Assembly (NCBI GenBank): GCA_030704615.1
Contig: CM060732.1
Coordinates: 65,658,001-65,722,000 of the forward strand
DNA from: Takakia lepidozioides
Taxonomy: Eukaryota; Plantae; Bryophyta
Reading direction: 5' to 3'
DNA length: 64,000 nt
Position numbers and translations under genes: made by a program. This document shows, piece by piece, positions 45,708-59,158 of the stretch. The notes beneath the pieces are model-generated. The model was not told the origin of the DNA. It did no database searches and was given only the letters and a program-made list of their open reading frames with translations. The number at the start of each line of letters is the position of its first letter. The stretch's first letter is position 1.

Positions 45708-46432
45708 TGTTGCGGCCCTTTGCCTTGAGGGCAGGGGGTCGGGACACATGAGGGGCTGCCCCTGTGGTGGGGGCAGCGGCAGCGATAGATATGGGGGGCT
45801 GAAGCACCCTTGAGTGCCCCAGGCACTCAAGGAGGCGGAGGCGCTCACTAGGTGGAGCCCCGCACACCGGGTTGCGGTGGGGGTGGCTCCACAAGGGGTG
45901 GTGGTAGCTTAGCGGACTTAGTGGGGGTGGCATAGGACTCACCATGGGGGCGGAGACCTCGTGGTGGGAGTCGTGGGGAGTCTTGGGACTCATCACGGTC
46001 CATAGGGGCCGTGGTGAGTGGGCCAAGACTCACCGCGACTCATCACCGGGAGTCGAGGGTTTTCGTGGTGGTTCGCCATAAAATGGCATGGCTGGTTGTG
46101 AAACCCCCGCGGACAGCTACAGAATTATATATAAGGGGAGTAGTGACCCTGAGAACGGTGCAAGCCCGTTGGTGACCAAAAACTAGTGAGTAAGCGAGCG
46201 AGCCGGAAAGCGACCAAAGAGTGGGGAGCTGTTCCGGACTGCCATCTACCAAAGGGAATTCCACCGGGCCCAAATAGGTGGAGGGTTTAGTGGGGAGCGA
46301 AGGGGGACCGTTATGTCCCGGTGAGCAGCCGAAGCTCCAAGTTGGCCCGGGGCCAGGTTGGGAGTCAGGCGTGCGCATCAAAGCGAGTAACTATGACTTG
46401 AAGGGGAGCTTACCGAAGTGAGGTGCGCGACA
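45708..46432 (+). repeat. 3' LTR
   Basis: TGTTGCGG...GCGCGACA followed by TSD CCGTG. Confidence 0.95.
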
Positions 46433-47874
46433 CCGTGATAACTTCTCGAAGCCTCGTGTTCCCCTGCATGACAGCTCCATGTCCGGAACCTCCATTGTGG
46501 AGGAACCTCCAATACGACGGCAAACTCCAGCATCAAACATTGCCACTGAAATGGTGCAGGAGAGAAACAACCCCCTTGATGTGCTTGAGTCCGCATGCCC
46601 CGACCACGTTTGGCACATAGAACGCACAAGTGTAGGGTCTCGTGTGAAATGTACAGCGATCAGGGCAACTAATTTCAAGAAGTGCACTTCATCTATATCC
46701 AAAGATGGTGCCCAAACTCCTACTCCAACTTTCACGGGCTTGATGCGTCCATACGGTCAACCAGAAGCCAAGAACCACAAGTTCTGGTTCTGCGCAGATG
46801 ATTGTGCCAGATCTGTGCATGGAACTGTGCGTCCTTCCGTAGTGATGAAGCCATCTCCTCCAACCGTTTGGCCCGTGAAGGTGGGAACACATCTCAGTTT
46901 TCAAGAGATTGAAATGCTGGAGGAGGCAGGTTTTTCCCTTGCGAGACAATCCCAACTCCATGCATGTGCTACTACTTCTGCGTCCTCCCGGGTCCCCCTG
47001 GCAAATCCTGACTTGTGGCCAACCAAACGAGATGGAAAGCTCATTCGGCGTTTCCCTCCAACCGCTGAACACTTTGGCAAAGTGGAGTCCGCAAGAATGC
47101 TCCAAGCTCGTGTTGGAAGCACCACGGAAGTACCCGATCCAGGATATGGTCGGGTATTCACAATCATCACTTCCACATCTGCTGTTCATGACAGGACCTA
47201 CGACATCACGGTTTCCAATTTCCCCAATTACACATGTCCTGATTTTGTGAATATGCTATCAACCAGTTTGGGCAAGAGAGGTAAATTCATACCCTGCAAA
47301 CATTTGTATTTCATATTTTTGAAGAGGATGGTTTGCGATCCCAAACGTGACAACTTCATTCACCAGACCACTATGAATTTCAACGAGGTCGATACTCTAT
47401 TGCAGCGGGATACAACACATGGGTAGCATCAACTATGCAATGTGGTATGTGGACGACCATGATTTGAAATGTGTAATTCACATCAATTCGTCGGCGGTGC
47501 AATGATATGGCCTCCAACTATACGGAGTGAGCTCTGAGTGACAACTTTTAGGTAGTGCACATTTGTCATTGCACCGTTCGAAGTCTACATGTCTTGCTGT
47601 CGCTATGCACTACAATCATCTTTTGAAGATGATCCTAACTCTCATTGTTATTTGAGGAGGGAGGAAGGTCTTCCCGTGGCAGCCTTTATGGCGCACACTT
47701 TGTGAGGATATTTTTTTGTCCTCATAATTGTAAAAGTGAAACAAGCATTTGTAATTGCACAATGTTGGATGCTGCAATTGTAGGCCTCAACGCTCGTCTT
47801 GATTCTATTTAGGCAAGATTCCCTGCATTAATTCCATGGTCATAGGACCATCCTCGGTTATAGGCGGCGCATGT

Positions 47875-48020
47875 TAATGCTGACGTGGCAGATGACGGAC
47901 AGTGCCACGTCATCATTTACCGCCACATCAGCATGCTGACATGACGCTCACGCCACGTCAGCGTGTGTGCGGCTCACGCCACGTCAGCTGGCGTGAGCGT
48001 ACGCTCGCGCGCTCACGCCA
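47875..48020. repeat. Cluster of GCCACGTCAGC/GCTCACGCC motifs in both orientations
   Basis: GCTGACGTGGC, GCCACGTCA (x3) and GCTCACGCC (x3) within 150 bp downstream of transposase 2. Confidence 0.6.
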
Positions 48021-49266
48021 TTGCGTCGTTGTCCGTCTCCTACGATAATCTGATTGTCAATCTTGAGGATCCTGAAATAGGCCTCCACCTTGCTTCTACA
48101 AAATTTCTTTTTTGTTACAAAGTTTATGTCGAGCACACGAATATTTCTTTCCTGCAATGAAACCAAACAATGATATCAAAATAAATCCGACGAACACCAA
48201 CCATCGATAGATTGAAAGGGTTAGGCTTTCTTTTGAGACAACTACCAAACACACCAATCTGCAAAATAACAAACACCCAAAACACCCACAACTCCAATAA
48301 CATGAACCTCTACTGCCTAGTGGAGGTTAACAAAATGGAACAATCAGACACAAGTTAAACACGCTTTTCCGACAACGTCAATAATACAAGAGTTAAATCC
48401 GGAAAACTGAAAACACAGACAATTCCAAGATGCAGAATCCGCTTACAAGCAGAACGTATGTCATGTCAGTCCTCCGAAAATGTTCACACAAGACATCCCG
48501 TCCCTGCAAAAAAAAAAACCCAGGTAATCGTAGGTGTCCGGCCTCAGCTCATGATTGTAAGTCCTGCACTCCATCTCCTGCGAGGTCGGGTCTACATCTG
48601 GTCCTTGGATAATGGGATTAATTAGGTCCGGCGATAACAAAACAGTTTGAATGTGGTCGTCCGAATTCACCATCTCCTCAGCTGTTGCCGGAAATACGTA
48701 GTCGAGGCAGAGGACCGTCCGGGAGAATATAGTCGTGCAGCTCTTGTAAGGTGATTCAAACTCGCGGGAATGTAATAACCCTGTCGGATGATAAACGATT
48801 TTGATCCAGGGCCATTCCGGATGTATGACACAAGATTTCCCGATGATTCTTGTGTGGAGAAAAACACAAAAGCACTAGACATGAGCTGCCGAGCCACAAA
48901 AGCATCCAAGATATTTGAGTAGTCATTTGTCTCGAAGACAACAGAGTCATCATCACAAATTGTATTGACGAACACCATGGATATGTCGTCGAACCGATTC
49001 TTTGGTGCAAGTCCCAACCGTGATCTGGCATCAGCCACTTGACAGCCGACGTTCATCTTGTCGTGATCTTGAACTCTTCGATATATGGTCTATTCTTGGT
49101 CCTTTACAGTAGTCCATTGTCGGGACACTTATGTCTCCGAAAACGTAGAGGTCACTCTGAAACTAAGAAACACTACATTGTTGTTTCTGACGGCGGGAAC
49201 ACTTAAATTGCGCAGGTTGGTATCGTCCATCAACCTTCATTTGCAACATCGGGGAAGAGGAAACAG

Positions 49267-49960
49267 ATGCTGTTAATATTGAGTGTCAACGGTCTCCTTT
49301 GCTACTGGCCACCTCCAACCGGCGGTGAATTGTTTAAGGAGAGATTTCGTTTCAGGAAAGTTACAGTTCATGTTCCCGAAAGACCTTTTATGGTTCCCGG
49401 CCCGGAGTCTTGGAGTTTCTCAACCTTGCGTTCATGCATTTTCACGTGGCGATCTGGTCATGTGCTGAAAGACATGTTCTTTGTAGGATGCTCGAGTGCT
49501 TAGTTCCTACAAAATTGCGAAGAAGTTTTGCTTCATCTGGTCAGCTGAGCATTGCAAAGACACTACCGGTTATATCATGCCTGGGATGAAATATCTCGTT
49601 AAGGATATTCGCACTGTTCTTGCCAAGTACCCTGGTACACCCTTTGCAACGCAGGGACAAATACTCCTTGTTGATGATAAGCCATCAAAGGGCCTCCGAA
49701 ACCCACCAAATACTGGATTCTTCCCTATTTCATACAAGCCATCACCAAAGGGATTGGTTGACCAGGATGATATGACAAAAGCTGTGTAGCCATATATATT
49801 GAAAATGGCTGCAGCTTCAACAGTCGTAGATTACATCAGCGAGAACCCGGCCAAGTATTCTCGTAAGCCTCTTGGTCGTGACCATGCCTATTGGGCTTGG
49901 TATGGAAGATATGTTGATCCTCGTGTTTGGATCCCACAACAAAAGGAACCTGATTACCTT
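49267..49960 (+). pseudogene. FCP1/NLI-interacting-factor-like (HAD) phosphatase-domain pseudogene
   Basis: Across frames: LLILSVNGLL...SRPGVLEFLNLAFMHFHVAIWS...FCFIWSAEHC...LVKDIRTV...LLVDDKPSKGLRNPPNTGFFP. It has frameshifts, a stop, and Ser in place of the catalytic Asp. Confidence 0.65.
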
Positions 49961-52900
49961 GGTATGTACTTATCCCACTGTTTGTTGTTTATGGAGAATT
50001 TGATCTTGAAAGTGTCTTCCACTTGCACTTTTACTTTATCATTTTTTCTACAAATGTTCCACATTTCAGCTACATTCGTCATATGAAAAATCGTTTTGCC
50101 AGTCACATTCAAAGAGCGAATTCGAAAAGAAGAAGAAGAGCTTCGTGATTGGCAAGAATGGCAGGCTTCCCGGCAGGCTTCAAGGGCATCAAGAGATTCA
50201 ACAAGTAGAGTTCCCAGTAACATTTCGGATGATAATGTTACTACTAGGTTCGAGTTCTCCGAAAGTATTTCCGTTTCATCTGGTACGGAGACCGTTGCAA
50301 GTGGTTGTGGTAACCGGAGGCGTCTTCGAACACAGCGAGCCGTTTGGGAGGAGGCTCTGTAATATTAATGGGTTAGTGTAAGCCGTTGTATGGCTTCGAG
50401 CTGCTGGATAACATTAAGTCCAACGGATGTATAGTTGACGTTACATTAGGTCTGACTGCAACGCCAAAGTTGCAATCTCTAATAAAATATGAATGTTTAT
50501 CATCAATGTATGCGGACACATTCTTTCATATCATCCTCTTCATCACATACCATGATTGTTCTATGTTTGGTTTTGTATGTCATCTGATATGACAACCATT
50601 TTCTGCAAAAAGTTTTACATATCTGACCTCACATCATGGTGTAATTTATTGCATCCTCCCATTTTTTTTCGTGAACGTCAACTTGGCAATGGATGTTCTT
50701 CTAAAACACAATACATACTTATATTGTCTCCAAAAAATGTTTGGAGGATTATATTGTGTATAAAATAACCAAAATAATCATATATATCGCTTTATTTCAA
50801 TAATAAATTTTATTTATTCATATTTCTCATATTATTTCTGGACCAAACAAAAGTCCAGAATTAGTTAAAATAGTGTTATAACACTCTATTTACAATCCAC
50901 AAACACTTCTAACACACACCATCCTACATCTTCCTAAGCTGTTCTCTGACATATCCTAGCCAAAGATCTCAATGTGAAACCTTCAAAGCCAGTATCAAAT
51001 TACACAATGGGCAGAAAAGAAATGGGTCCTGGTGTTCCACTTGCTTCTAGTATCCTGGACCATGGGTCTTTGAAATTCAAGCAACTAGAACATTCAAGCA
51101 ATGCTAAGAGCCGAGTCGTAGATAGCTTCATGTATTGGCACCTAGTGCATACCGGTAGATTTTCCTCCAAAGAAGCCTTGCAAAATGACTGTCGATGCTC
51201 CAAGCACCCTCCAAGAACCTTCATGATTTTGAACAGATCAAGCCAGAACCTTGCGTGAGGATTTTGAATTGTAGTGAAAGGGTCTTATCTAGAGCCTGGA
51301 GAGACACGCTCATTGAGTGATACTAGAATCTAGCAAGATAGTTTGAAGCTATTTAAGCACTCTTAGGAACGTATGTCACGACATTGGCACCGAAGATATT
51401 TTGTTGCTCGATAGCTGTATGCTGTAGGTTCGCTCCTTCCTTGTGCACCTCTTTCTTCCGTCATAATTAACTGCAACTTCCTACTGGAAAGCTGTGTAAC
51501 CTCAAACAGAAACTTTTACTAACCGTAGTCATAAAATCAAGGTATTTCCAATATAGAAACGAGGGTGTGAGTATAATCTTGTCACTGACATCTTATAGGA
51601 ATAATGCTCAATACAAGTAGTTGTTATTCATGCACTGCTTATCTCACACAGAGTGAAAAGGGCATGATGTAGCTCTCTGACTGGCATATGTAGCTCATAT
51701 GTATCAGCAGGATGGAGAGTAGGTCTTTGCGAGCATCACCATCGAAATTGTGGAGACCTATAACTGTCACTGGATCCTGCATTTTCACAAGAGAACCTCA
51801 TGGTCTTCGGCTCAATTTACACTCTGTAGCTTAAGCTTCCAAAGCATTCGGACGTTGTCATTACAAGTGATGCCTCTTCCTGGCTGCTCCCGTCTCAATG
51901 CTGAGAATAGAGGCGGCTAATGCTATAACTCTTTTGCTTTCTCGAGCTCCTTGCCTGCAGATCGCCATGAGAGGACATGAGAATCCCTAAACCCGGGTTC
52001 CTATCCGGGCAGTTATCAACAACATATTATGTGTATGTAATAATATACGACATATATATTTATTTGTACGTTACGTATAATACACCTGTAGCCCAGGCAC
52101 GTCTGAGATTCATTACCCGGTGCCTTTTACTACCTGGGGTATTTCTACCCCTTTCTTTTCATTAGCCCATGCCCTCTTGCCTGTGCCACAGAATCTTTTG
52201 GAATAAAACCCAAGGGTATTGGAATCTTTCAAGGTGTCCCGGTCATGGCCTTTTTGGTATTCCGTACTTGTGATGATGTAGGATTCATGAAATAGGGACT
52301 GCTCGATGGGAAGGTCGGCCGGTGATTTAAGATAGGCGGCAAGTCCGCAAGCGACAGCATTTCTGGAGCATTTACTAAGTACTTTGGGGGCGTTGCGGTG
52401 ATTTCGGCGTATTTAGTGTTCCTAAATTTGTGGGTAGGGTTGCGAGCGTTTGATCACAAAAGGGAGTGTGGCGGGCTATAAAGTGTGGTGGCGCAGCAGC
52501 GATGATCCAAGATCATTTTGCATGATGATACTTGAAGTCATCATCGGCTCACAGGAGTGTGCAGGCCGTAGCCTTGCTGCAGGTACCCCCGTGTACGTAA
52601 CAAGCGTGAGATCATCTCAAGATTGGTTTCCTAATGATTTCACCGGGTCATTAGGAAGATTATAACAAAAATGTAAGCTGCAAATATTTTTTGTGCTCTA
52701 GTTCTGGAGACCAAGCAATTGGCCTGGCAAAATGATTTTTCATTGATACCCAGATTCTAATTGGCTGGCATGTAGAGCACCTTGGGCCAAGATTCCAGAA
52801 CCAAATTCCAAAACCACATGAGGGTTGCTTTGTATGGGAAAATCGGTGGGTCAAAAATGCTCTCCATTACAATTGACTCCAAATCTGCCTCAAATGTGTC

Positions 52901-55784
52901 CAAATTTTCATCACAATGTCAATTCCTCTGGTCATATTGTTCCTTGCGTGGAAACTCACCACCATAACAAATTTTGGAAGCATTCTAACCACTCTACATG
53001 CATAGATTTCCATTTGGGCCTATTTCTACTTGAATCCAAATTCCGGGGAACTCATGCCTAAGCCGAGAGAGGATTCCGGCCCGAAAACTCGGGCTCCGTC
53101 ATCGATTCATGGGGAATTGCCGGGCACCCGAAACGCAGCACCCGACGAACGCGAAGGCAGGCCCTTTCTTTCATCGTGCGAATCTGCAAATAACCAACTG
53201 CCAACCGTCTGAGATGTCAGTGCAGAATACAAGGGAGGCATTTTCCGGACAAAGCTCCTGCAGCAACTCCTCCACAGGTCGAGGTAAAAGAAAATTCGTG
53301 CGTGGGCACGCAGCTTCCTTCTGTAACCTACATCCGCTGTGGAGTCGTAGTGAGAGACGAGGGCTGCAGGAGATTGCCACCAACACAAACCAGCAGCTTG
53401 TTCCTCATTTCACAGCCGTTCTCGAAGCTTCAGTACACAGCCCGAAGAACAAAATTCCCTGCGTTGTCACGGGTGATGGCAGCATCACCTACAAGCAACG
53501 CTGATGAACTGGCAGATCTTTGGGGTGCAGCCCAGGCTCCGTTAGTGAGGTCAACATCTGGCAAAGAGACTGTCTTACATTCTGAAAATGGAATCCAGAG
53601 CTTCCCTGGTTACCGCCCTGCCAGTAAGGGCTCACTCCAAGCAACAGACTAACTCTCTTCCGAATGTCTATCTTCCGATCCAACTAAGAGGCAATCTTAT
53701 TCACATCTCCTATGATGATATTTCTCTAATCCAGAAGACAACATAGATTGATGCAAGGATGAAGCTACAACTTACATGCAAACATCCTAATGAGCTGATG
53801 TGGAATGCTCTCTGAGATTCCAACTAAACATCCACTACTTAAACCTTGAGAGCCGGCTTCACCAAGGGTGTCTGGCTCCTAGCCAAAAGCTTCTCTGCGA
53901 TGTCATGTTCAGTAACAGGGAGATAATAAATATGCGATTTTGTTCGAGTCTTCTTGAATATATCATCCAATGTGGGACTTTGAGGCTCCATGTCTGTCCA
54001 ATCCAACACAGCACTACAAATCTTAACTATTGTATGCTTTTTTAACAATCCACAAGTGCACATCCACTTGTCAATCTGGCTCTTGGTCTCTCTGCTTGTC
54101 TGTCATTACTCTTGCACAGTCGTCACCTCTCAGTAATGTCCCTCTGTACCATTACTGTTCTTATTATGAGTTGATTTGCCAGTTTTGGTCTTCCATCCCC
54201 TAGTCTCCCAGTCCTTCCTGTTTCCTATCTTTACTCTGCTTGCTCAATCCTCTATCGCTGTAGCATATGTGCATACCAGCAATCTCTACCCCTCTCTTCC
54301 TTGAAGTAAACCCAAGCATCTAATCCTGATAGCTACATACATTGCAAGAGAGCACAGAAAATCACCAGGAAAGAACCATTTGGGTTGAACTTCAAGTATT
54401 ATGTGGAGGTCAGTAACCAAAACAATTCCCCTTGAAGTCTGGGTCTGATGCCAACAATACATGGACAACCTTCTTTTCACAAGGACTTGGACTCCAAGCT
54501 TCAGGAGTTGAGGGTGGGTACCTAAAAGCCCTATCTAAAAACATCAGAAGAATACAGTTACCTACCTTACAAATCAAACCAAGCTGGACCTCTGCATCCG
54601 TCAAGGTGGCATCAGTCACGAGCCTCAAGAGCTCTGTTATCTGATTCCCTGTGGCTTCCAATTTCTGAATCGTGTCCCTACTAATATATTTCCTAGGCAA
54701 GTCCGTGCACAGAATGTGACCCTTTTCCTTCATACTTGGTGCCAAAATTTCCAATTTTGACCTGACAAACTGTAAGAAGCTTGACATGGGGGTTGTGGCT
54801 ACCTTGTTCGTCTGATAATTTTCTCGATAGGCTTCATACTGACTGCCTGCCAAGTTCAGAACATCCAGTTGGTGGTGGCTCACCTGCATCCAAGGCTTTG
54901 CGTTTAGGTGCCATCCATTCCCTAACCCCCACACAGATCACCCCAACAACTCACCCCAATGAATGCAAGCCTATGTAGAAAACAGGCGAGATGAAGATAC
55001 CGAAATGCAGCACACATGAACATACACAAAATCAGCGCGCATTAGCATCTGTGACGGCAGACAGTACAAACAGCAACGCCTCCAAATTGAACCCTAACAG
55101 CATCGTCAATGCACAAAATGCAGGAAGATCAAGTTCCAAGGCCATATCTCGCAAAACGGAACAGCTCCGCTGATTTTCTGCATGGAAAATGTGTGGCTGT
55201 GCAGCTCGAGCTACGCTCATAATGAGCACACATAGAAACCCCCCTGCAAATCACCTGCATGCGACGGTAGCAAAAACAAGCGCAGCAAAAACATAAAGCA
55301 GCGACAATCGAGAGAAATGCCCGTAAGCAAGGTGCAAGGAAGGCTGGAGAATGTGCCCGAGAAGATACCCAGCCGCTCCCGCCACCTGCCGGGCCCGTCA
55401 TCATCATTATCTCGGGTGCCTGGGTGTGTCCGCACGGGCGGACATGCAACCCCGTGCCTAAACCCATCGCCGGCTTTTGATCGCCCCCTCACCCCTTTAG
55501 CCTGCCACGTCACTCGGTCAAAGGTGCTGGAGGGCCGTGAACCACCCAATTTTGGGTACCCCTGCACATTAAAAAAATCACTGACGGCAGGGATTTTATT
55601 ATTTTAGGGTGCCATAAAGACAGGCGGGTGCATAACATCAAGGCGCACAACTTTCGTTCAGAAATTTTTTTCATCTGATGTCATCGGACGAAGTTACATC
55701 GTGGATGAATTCTGTAGCCCACCCTGACGCGACCCGAAACGGGTCGCCTCGTCCATTAGGGGTTAATGTTGGCGGCGGCTGACA

Positions 55785-57300
55785 GTATGCTTGGATACTT
55801 GTGAATCTGCTGTTTGATTATTAAATCTAAACCAGGTTGATGAGGCGCTTTGGTAAGTTGGGTACACAAGGATGTTAATGGACCCTATCTGGGCAGTTGG
55901 TTGTTCACGAGGATATTTTCCAGCCGACATTGTTGTAAGTGCATCTCGAAATTGCTCACACCGTCTCACTGAGGTTCTTAATTTCGTCTGTCGATTCGCA
56001 ACATCTCTAATGGGGAGCCCATCGCCCAAAATATATCTTCACCTGGAGGCGCAGATTGTGGAACCTCGTACGTAATGCACTGCATGGGGATGTTGCAGAT
56101 CAGCTCAGCACATTCTGTTGCTAAGAGAAAAATAGCTGTGCGCGTCTGTCAAGCTCCTCAATCGTGTTTACAGGGCCTCTATTTTTCCTCTTCTGCCAGC
56201 ACATTATGACCCCCCAACACTTTTGTCTCTTAGCTTTGTAGAAACAGAACGGTATAATTCCTCAAACATCTTTCTGGCCGAGAGTGAGGGAACAATTCAT
56301 CGCGCTACTGTAACCCACTTATAGTCCATGGAGCTTCCGGTCGTGACCCGACTTGCGACGCCATAGCTACGAGCTCCGTTCTCACTCTTTGTAGTAGTGC
56401 TATGTTGTAATGGAACTTTGGATCTCTAATCCGACGGCAACGAATAATTAGCGGCACAATGTACGGTAGGAATGGCCCATGCAGCTGCAGTGAGCCTTTC
56501 AGGCTTCTGCATCTAACAGTTTCACATTTCATTCTGCTACGATACGACAAGCACAGTCTGTGGCAGAATGCTTCTGGGAACAGCGTACATATATTCATGA
56601 ACGTGATCTGAGCAACGTGCCATAGAGGAACTTGCTGTGTACAACAAGCTGACGAGAAGAAGAGACGGTGAATTGTTGGTGGTGAAAACGTCAACAGATA
56701 ATGGAGGGATGGACAGTTGATGCTTCTAGATCTGACGTTTCTTAAAACTGTCTGACTTGCGCTACCGAAGAAATATTCCTGACATACTTCAAGCGGTTTG
56801 ATGAGGCCAAAAACTGCACTAGGACTCTGCGACACTACCAAGTGTGTACAACCTCAACTTGCCGCAGGCTTTAACCTTCCGAAATTCTAAAACAGACCAC
56901 AGGTCTACAGTGTTGATAGAACATTTGGAAATTTGGTCTTGCAGAATTAGCTTATTCCGCCACGTCATTAAATGATAAGATCCATTTGCACATTTGAGCA
57001 CTCTACTGCTTAACCTGAGAAACACTAAATTAAGATTGTGTATGGCATCATCGCACAGGGTCTTCGTAATAAATCATGCGACTGATTCTCCACCACAACA
57101 AGTCCTAAGTCGACCAAGTTGAACATTTCAACTTCAAGGTGCGCAGCCAAATGGAGCATTGGCTCTGGACGAATCTTAGAATGTAGGTAAAGCGGAACAC
57201 ATGTCCAAGGAGTCATGAACATGGAAGTAATCTGAACATTTTCAATTTTCGCACCTGAGAAAATAGACTACTGGAAGAGAGAAGGTAATTTATACCATCA
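55785..57300. repeat. Diverged local duplication, copy 1 (with 52460-52630)
   Basis: Matches 62160-64000, e.g. GGCAGTTGGTTGTTCACGAGGATATTTTCCAGCCGAC and GTGTACAACCTCAACTTGCCGCAGGCTTT. Confidence 0.85.
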
Positions 57301-58366
57301 TGAGAGAATATCACACTATTTAAACCACTCTGTCTGTGGGGTGCACTCCAAGCGATGTCATCTTTCTTTTGTCGGAAGATTGATTTTTGATGGCCATTCT
57401 AGCTTTTCCACCAATCTGTAGCTGTATTCTGCTCGTAAGTATCACTAAGTAGCTCACGAAGAGCTAGAGTAAGGACTTGGGATAGTCTGATCCAAGGCCG
57501 AACTGATGATACCCTCATCGTAAGGGCAGAGAATACATATATTCAATGATTGTATGGGGGGTTCCAAATAACTCAGGACTGTGCACCGGAAGTGGATGGC
57601 GAGCCAGTTTCATTATAGCTTGCATCGTCTGAACGGGGGTTTTGAACTCCGTAACGACAGATCCAACGGCCGACGTCGAATTCTAGAGAATCGAGCTGTT
57701 GTTGACCAGTCGAACGGCCCAGTTGTGCCAAGTGGAACTAGCTGCAAAACATCGTTAACCAGTGCATGGGTCATTGAATGCAGGGCTCGTGGGTAGGGCA
57801 TAGGATCGTTCCAGATATGCAGGAATGAATAGTTTGATGTTTCTATTTGCACATTGTGGAGAGATGAATTCCCCGGAGATTCAGTGCATCCTGTAATTAA
57901 CAAGTTGCAGGATTCAGCTTTAATTTCTGTCTGTGGCAACTTGCAATGTACAGATGCAAATGATAAGCTATATCTGTGTAACTTAGCAAGTTGCTTAACA
58001 GCTCCAAACGAGAAACTGTGTACTCTATAAGACGTAGCGATTTGCCACAGCTGCAAAAAGAAGTTGCAATAAGTTGGAGTATTACAACTGCAGTACTAGT
58101 GGGTGACTCAGCCAGAGCAAGGACATCTAAGTAATAGAATATGGAGTATATAAACCGTACTCCAAGCACCTCCCTCTCACTAGCTCATGAGCTTCGACCG
58201 TCTTCAGATTGCAAGCTGGTGTCATTGTCGATTTTCAGATCGTTAGGCCTGTGACCCACTTTTCTCTCTTCTACTGGAAGCGGAGGGTCTTATGTTTCCC
58301 AGTTCTCACGTTGCCCTATAGTCTGCGTCTCTCCATTTGCGGCCCTCAAACTGCAGCGAGGTCCAC

Positions 58367-59158
58367 ATGGGTGTATCCTTTAGCTCCGTATGTTGTACCA
58401 GTTACGAGCCTGCCAGCCGCCACCTAGCTCTCCAGAGCTATGAGATGACTCGGGGACTTGGAAAACAGTTGAAGACTTTGAAGGGAAAGGTTCACAACTG
58501 TGTGAGCGAAAAGCTTGGATGGAAGAGGTGTAAGGAGATCTGCAATAACCATTTCTGCATGTCTCTAGAGAACATACATTATTGCCAGACAGAGCTCCCA
58601 GGCGTTACATTGGGTCTCAAGGGAATGAGAAGTGCCCTAAGATTGCACGAAGAAACGCCCGGGAAGAGACTAATCAATCACGACTTCTTGGTTATTGAGA
58701 TTCATACTAACAGCGAAATCCAGCCCAAGATATTTTTGAGAGCAGAGAAATGCTGTGGGGGCGACAAAATTGGAATTGTTATCGGTGTTCACGAAGAGTA
58801 TGAAGCGGAAGCCGCGAAGATCTGTCTGTTTACGGTAAAATGCGAGAGCAAGATAATTGGGATGGAAGATCTGTTCGAAGTGCTGGCAGACCAGTGTCCG
58901 GACTACAGCGCGATAGAGCACAATTGTTGGGAGTACGCGAGGTCGACAACAAAGCGGCTGTTGAAAGCATGCCAACGTTTGCCTCGGGTCAATAAGCAAG
59001 AGGAGAAAAGACTGCAGGAGGAGATAGATTCGGTGGAGGCACGCATAATGGGCAACTTAGTGACCTACAATGGAATGCTGATAGCCGCCTCCGCAGTAGT
59101 CATCGCAGTCCTCGACTGGATCAGTAGTCGTTGTTATGTTCTGGGTGCGCCTTATTAG
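58367..59158 (+). CDS. Single-exon 263-aa protein, probable permuted papain-like (PPPDE/LRAT-type NlpC/P60) fold with C-terminal hydrophobic segment
   Basis: Intact ORF with His motif INHDFLVIE and downstream YSAIEHNCWEYA (His-before-Cys order). N-terminus MGVSFSSVCC; TATATAAA at ~58147; hydrophobic LIAASAVVIAVL near the end. Confidence 0.6.
   Translation: MGVSFSSVCCTSYEPASRHLALQSYEMTRGLGKQLKTLKGKVHNCVSEKLGWKRCKEICNNHFCMSLENIHYCQTELPGVTLGLKGMRSALRLHEETPGKRLINHDFLVIEIHTNSEIQPKIFLRAEKCCGGDKIGIVIGVHEEYEAEAAKICLFTVKCESKIIGMEDLFEVLADQCPDYSAIEHNCWEYARSTTKRLLKACQRLPRVNKQEEKRLQEEIDSVEARIMGNLVTYNGMLIAASAVVIAVLDWISSRCYVLGAPY

Larger units (their letters stand above)
39511..46432 (+). mobile_element. 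Full-length Ty3/gypsy chromovirus LTR retrotransposon
   Basis: LTRs at 39511-40232 and 45708-46432 (TG...CA) with 5-bp TSD CCGTG (39506-39510, 46433-46437). PBS and gag-PR-RT-RH-IN-chromodomain order are present. Confidence 0.97.
38100..47426 (+). pseudogene. Second, diverged MULE-type DDE/SWIM transposase pseudogene, split by a chromovirus (pieces 38100-39510 and 46438-47426)
   Basis: Motifs FLMFDHVKR, FMADSAQAN, CLFH and CNLAETVHNAW, with SWIM remnant YTCPDF...PCKH. Its intron at 38997-39114 is at the same position as in transposase 1. Removing the LTR element restores ...DSHRVDRDNFSKP. Several frameshifts are present. Confidence 0.85.
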
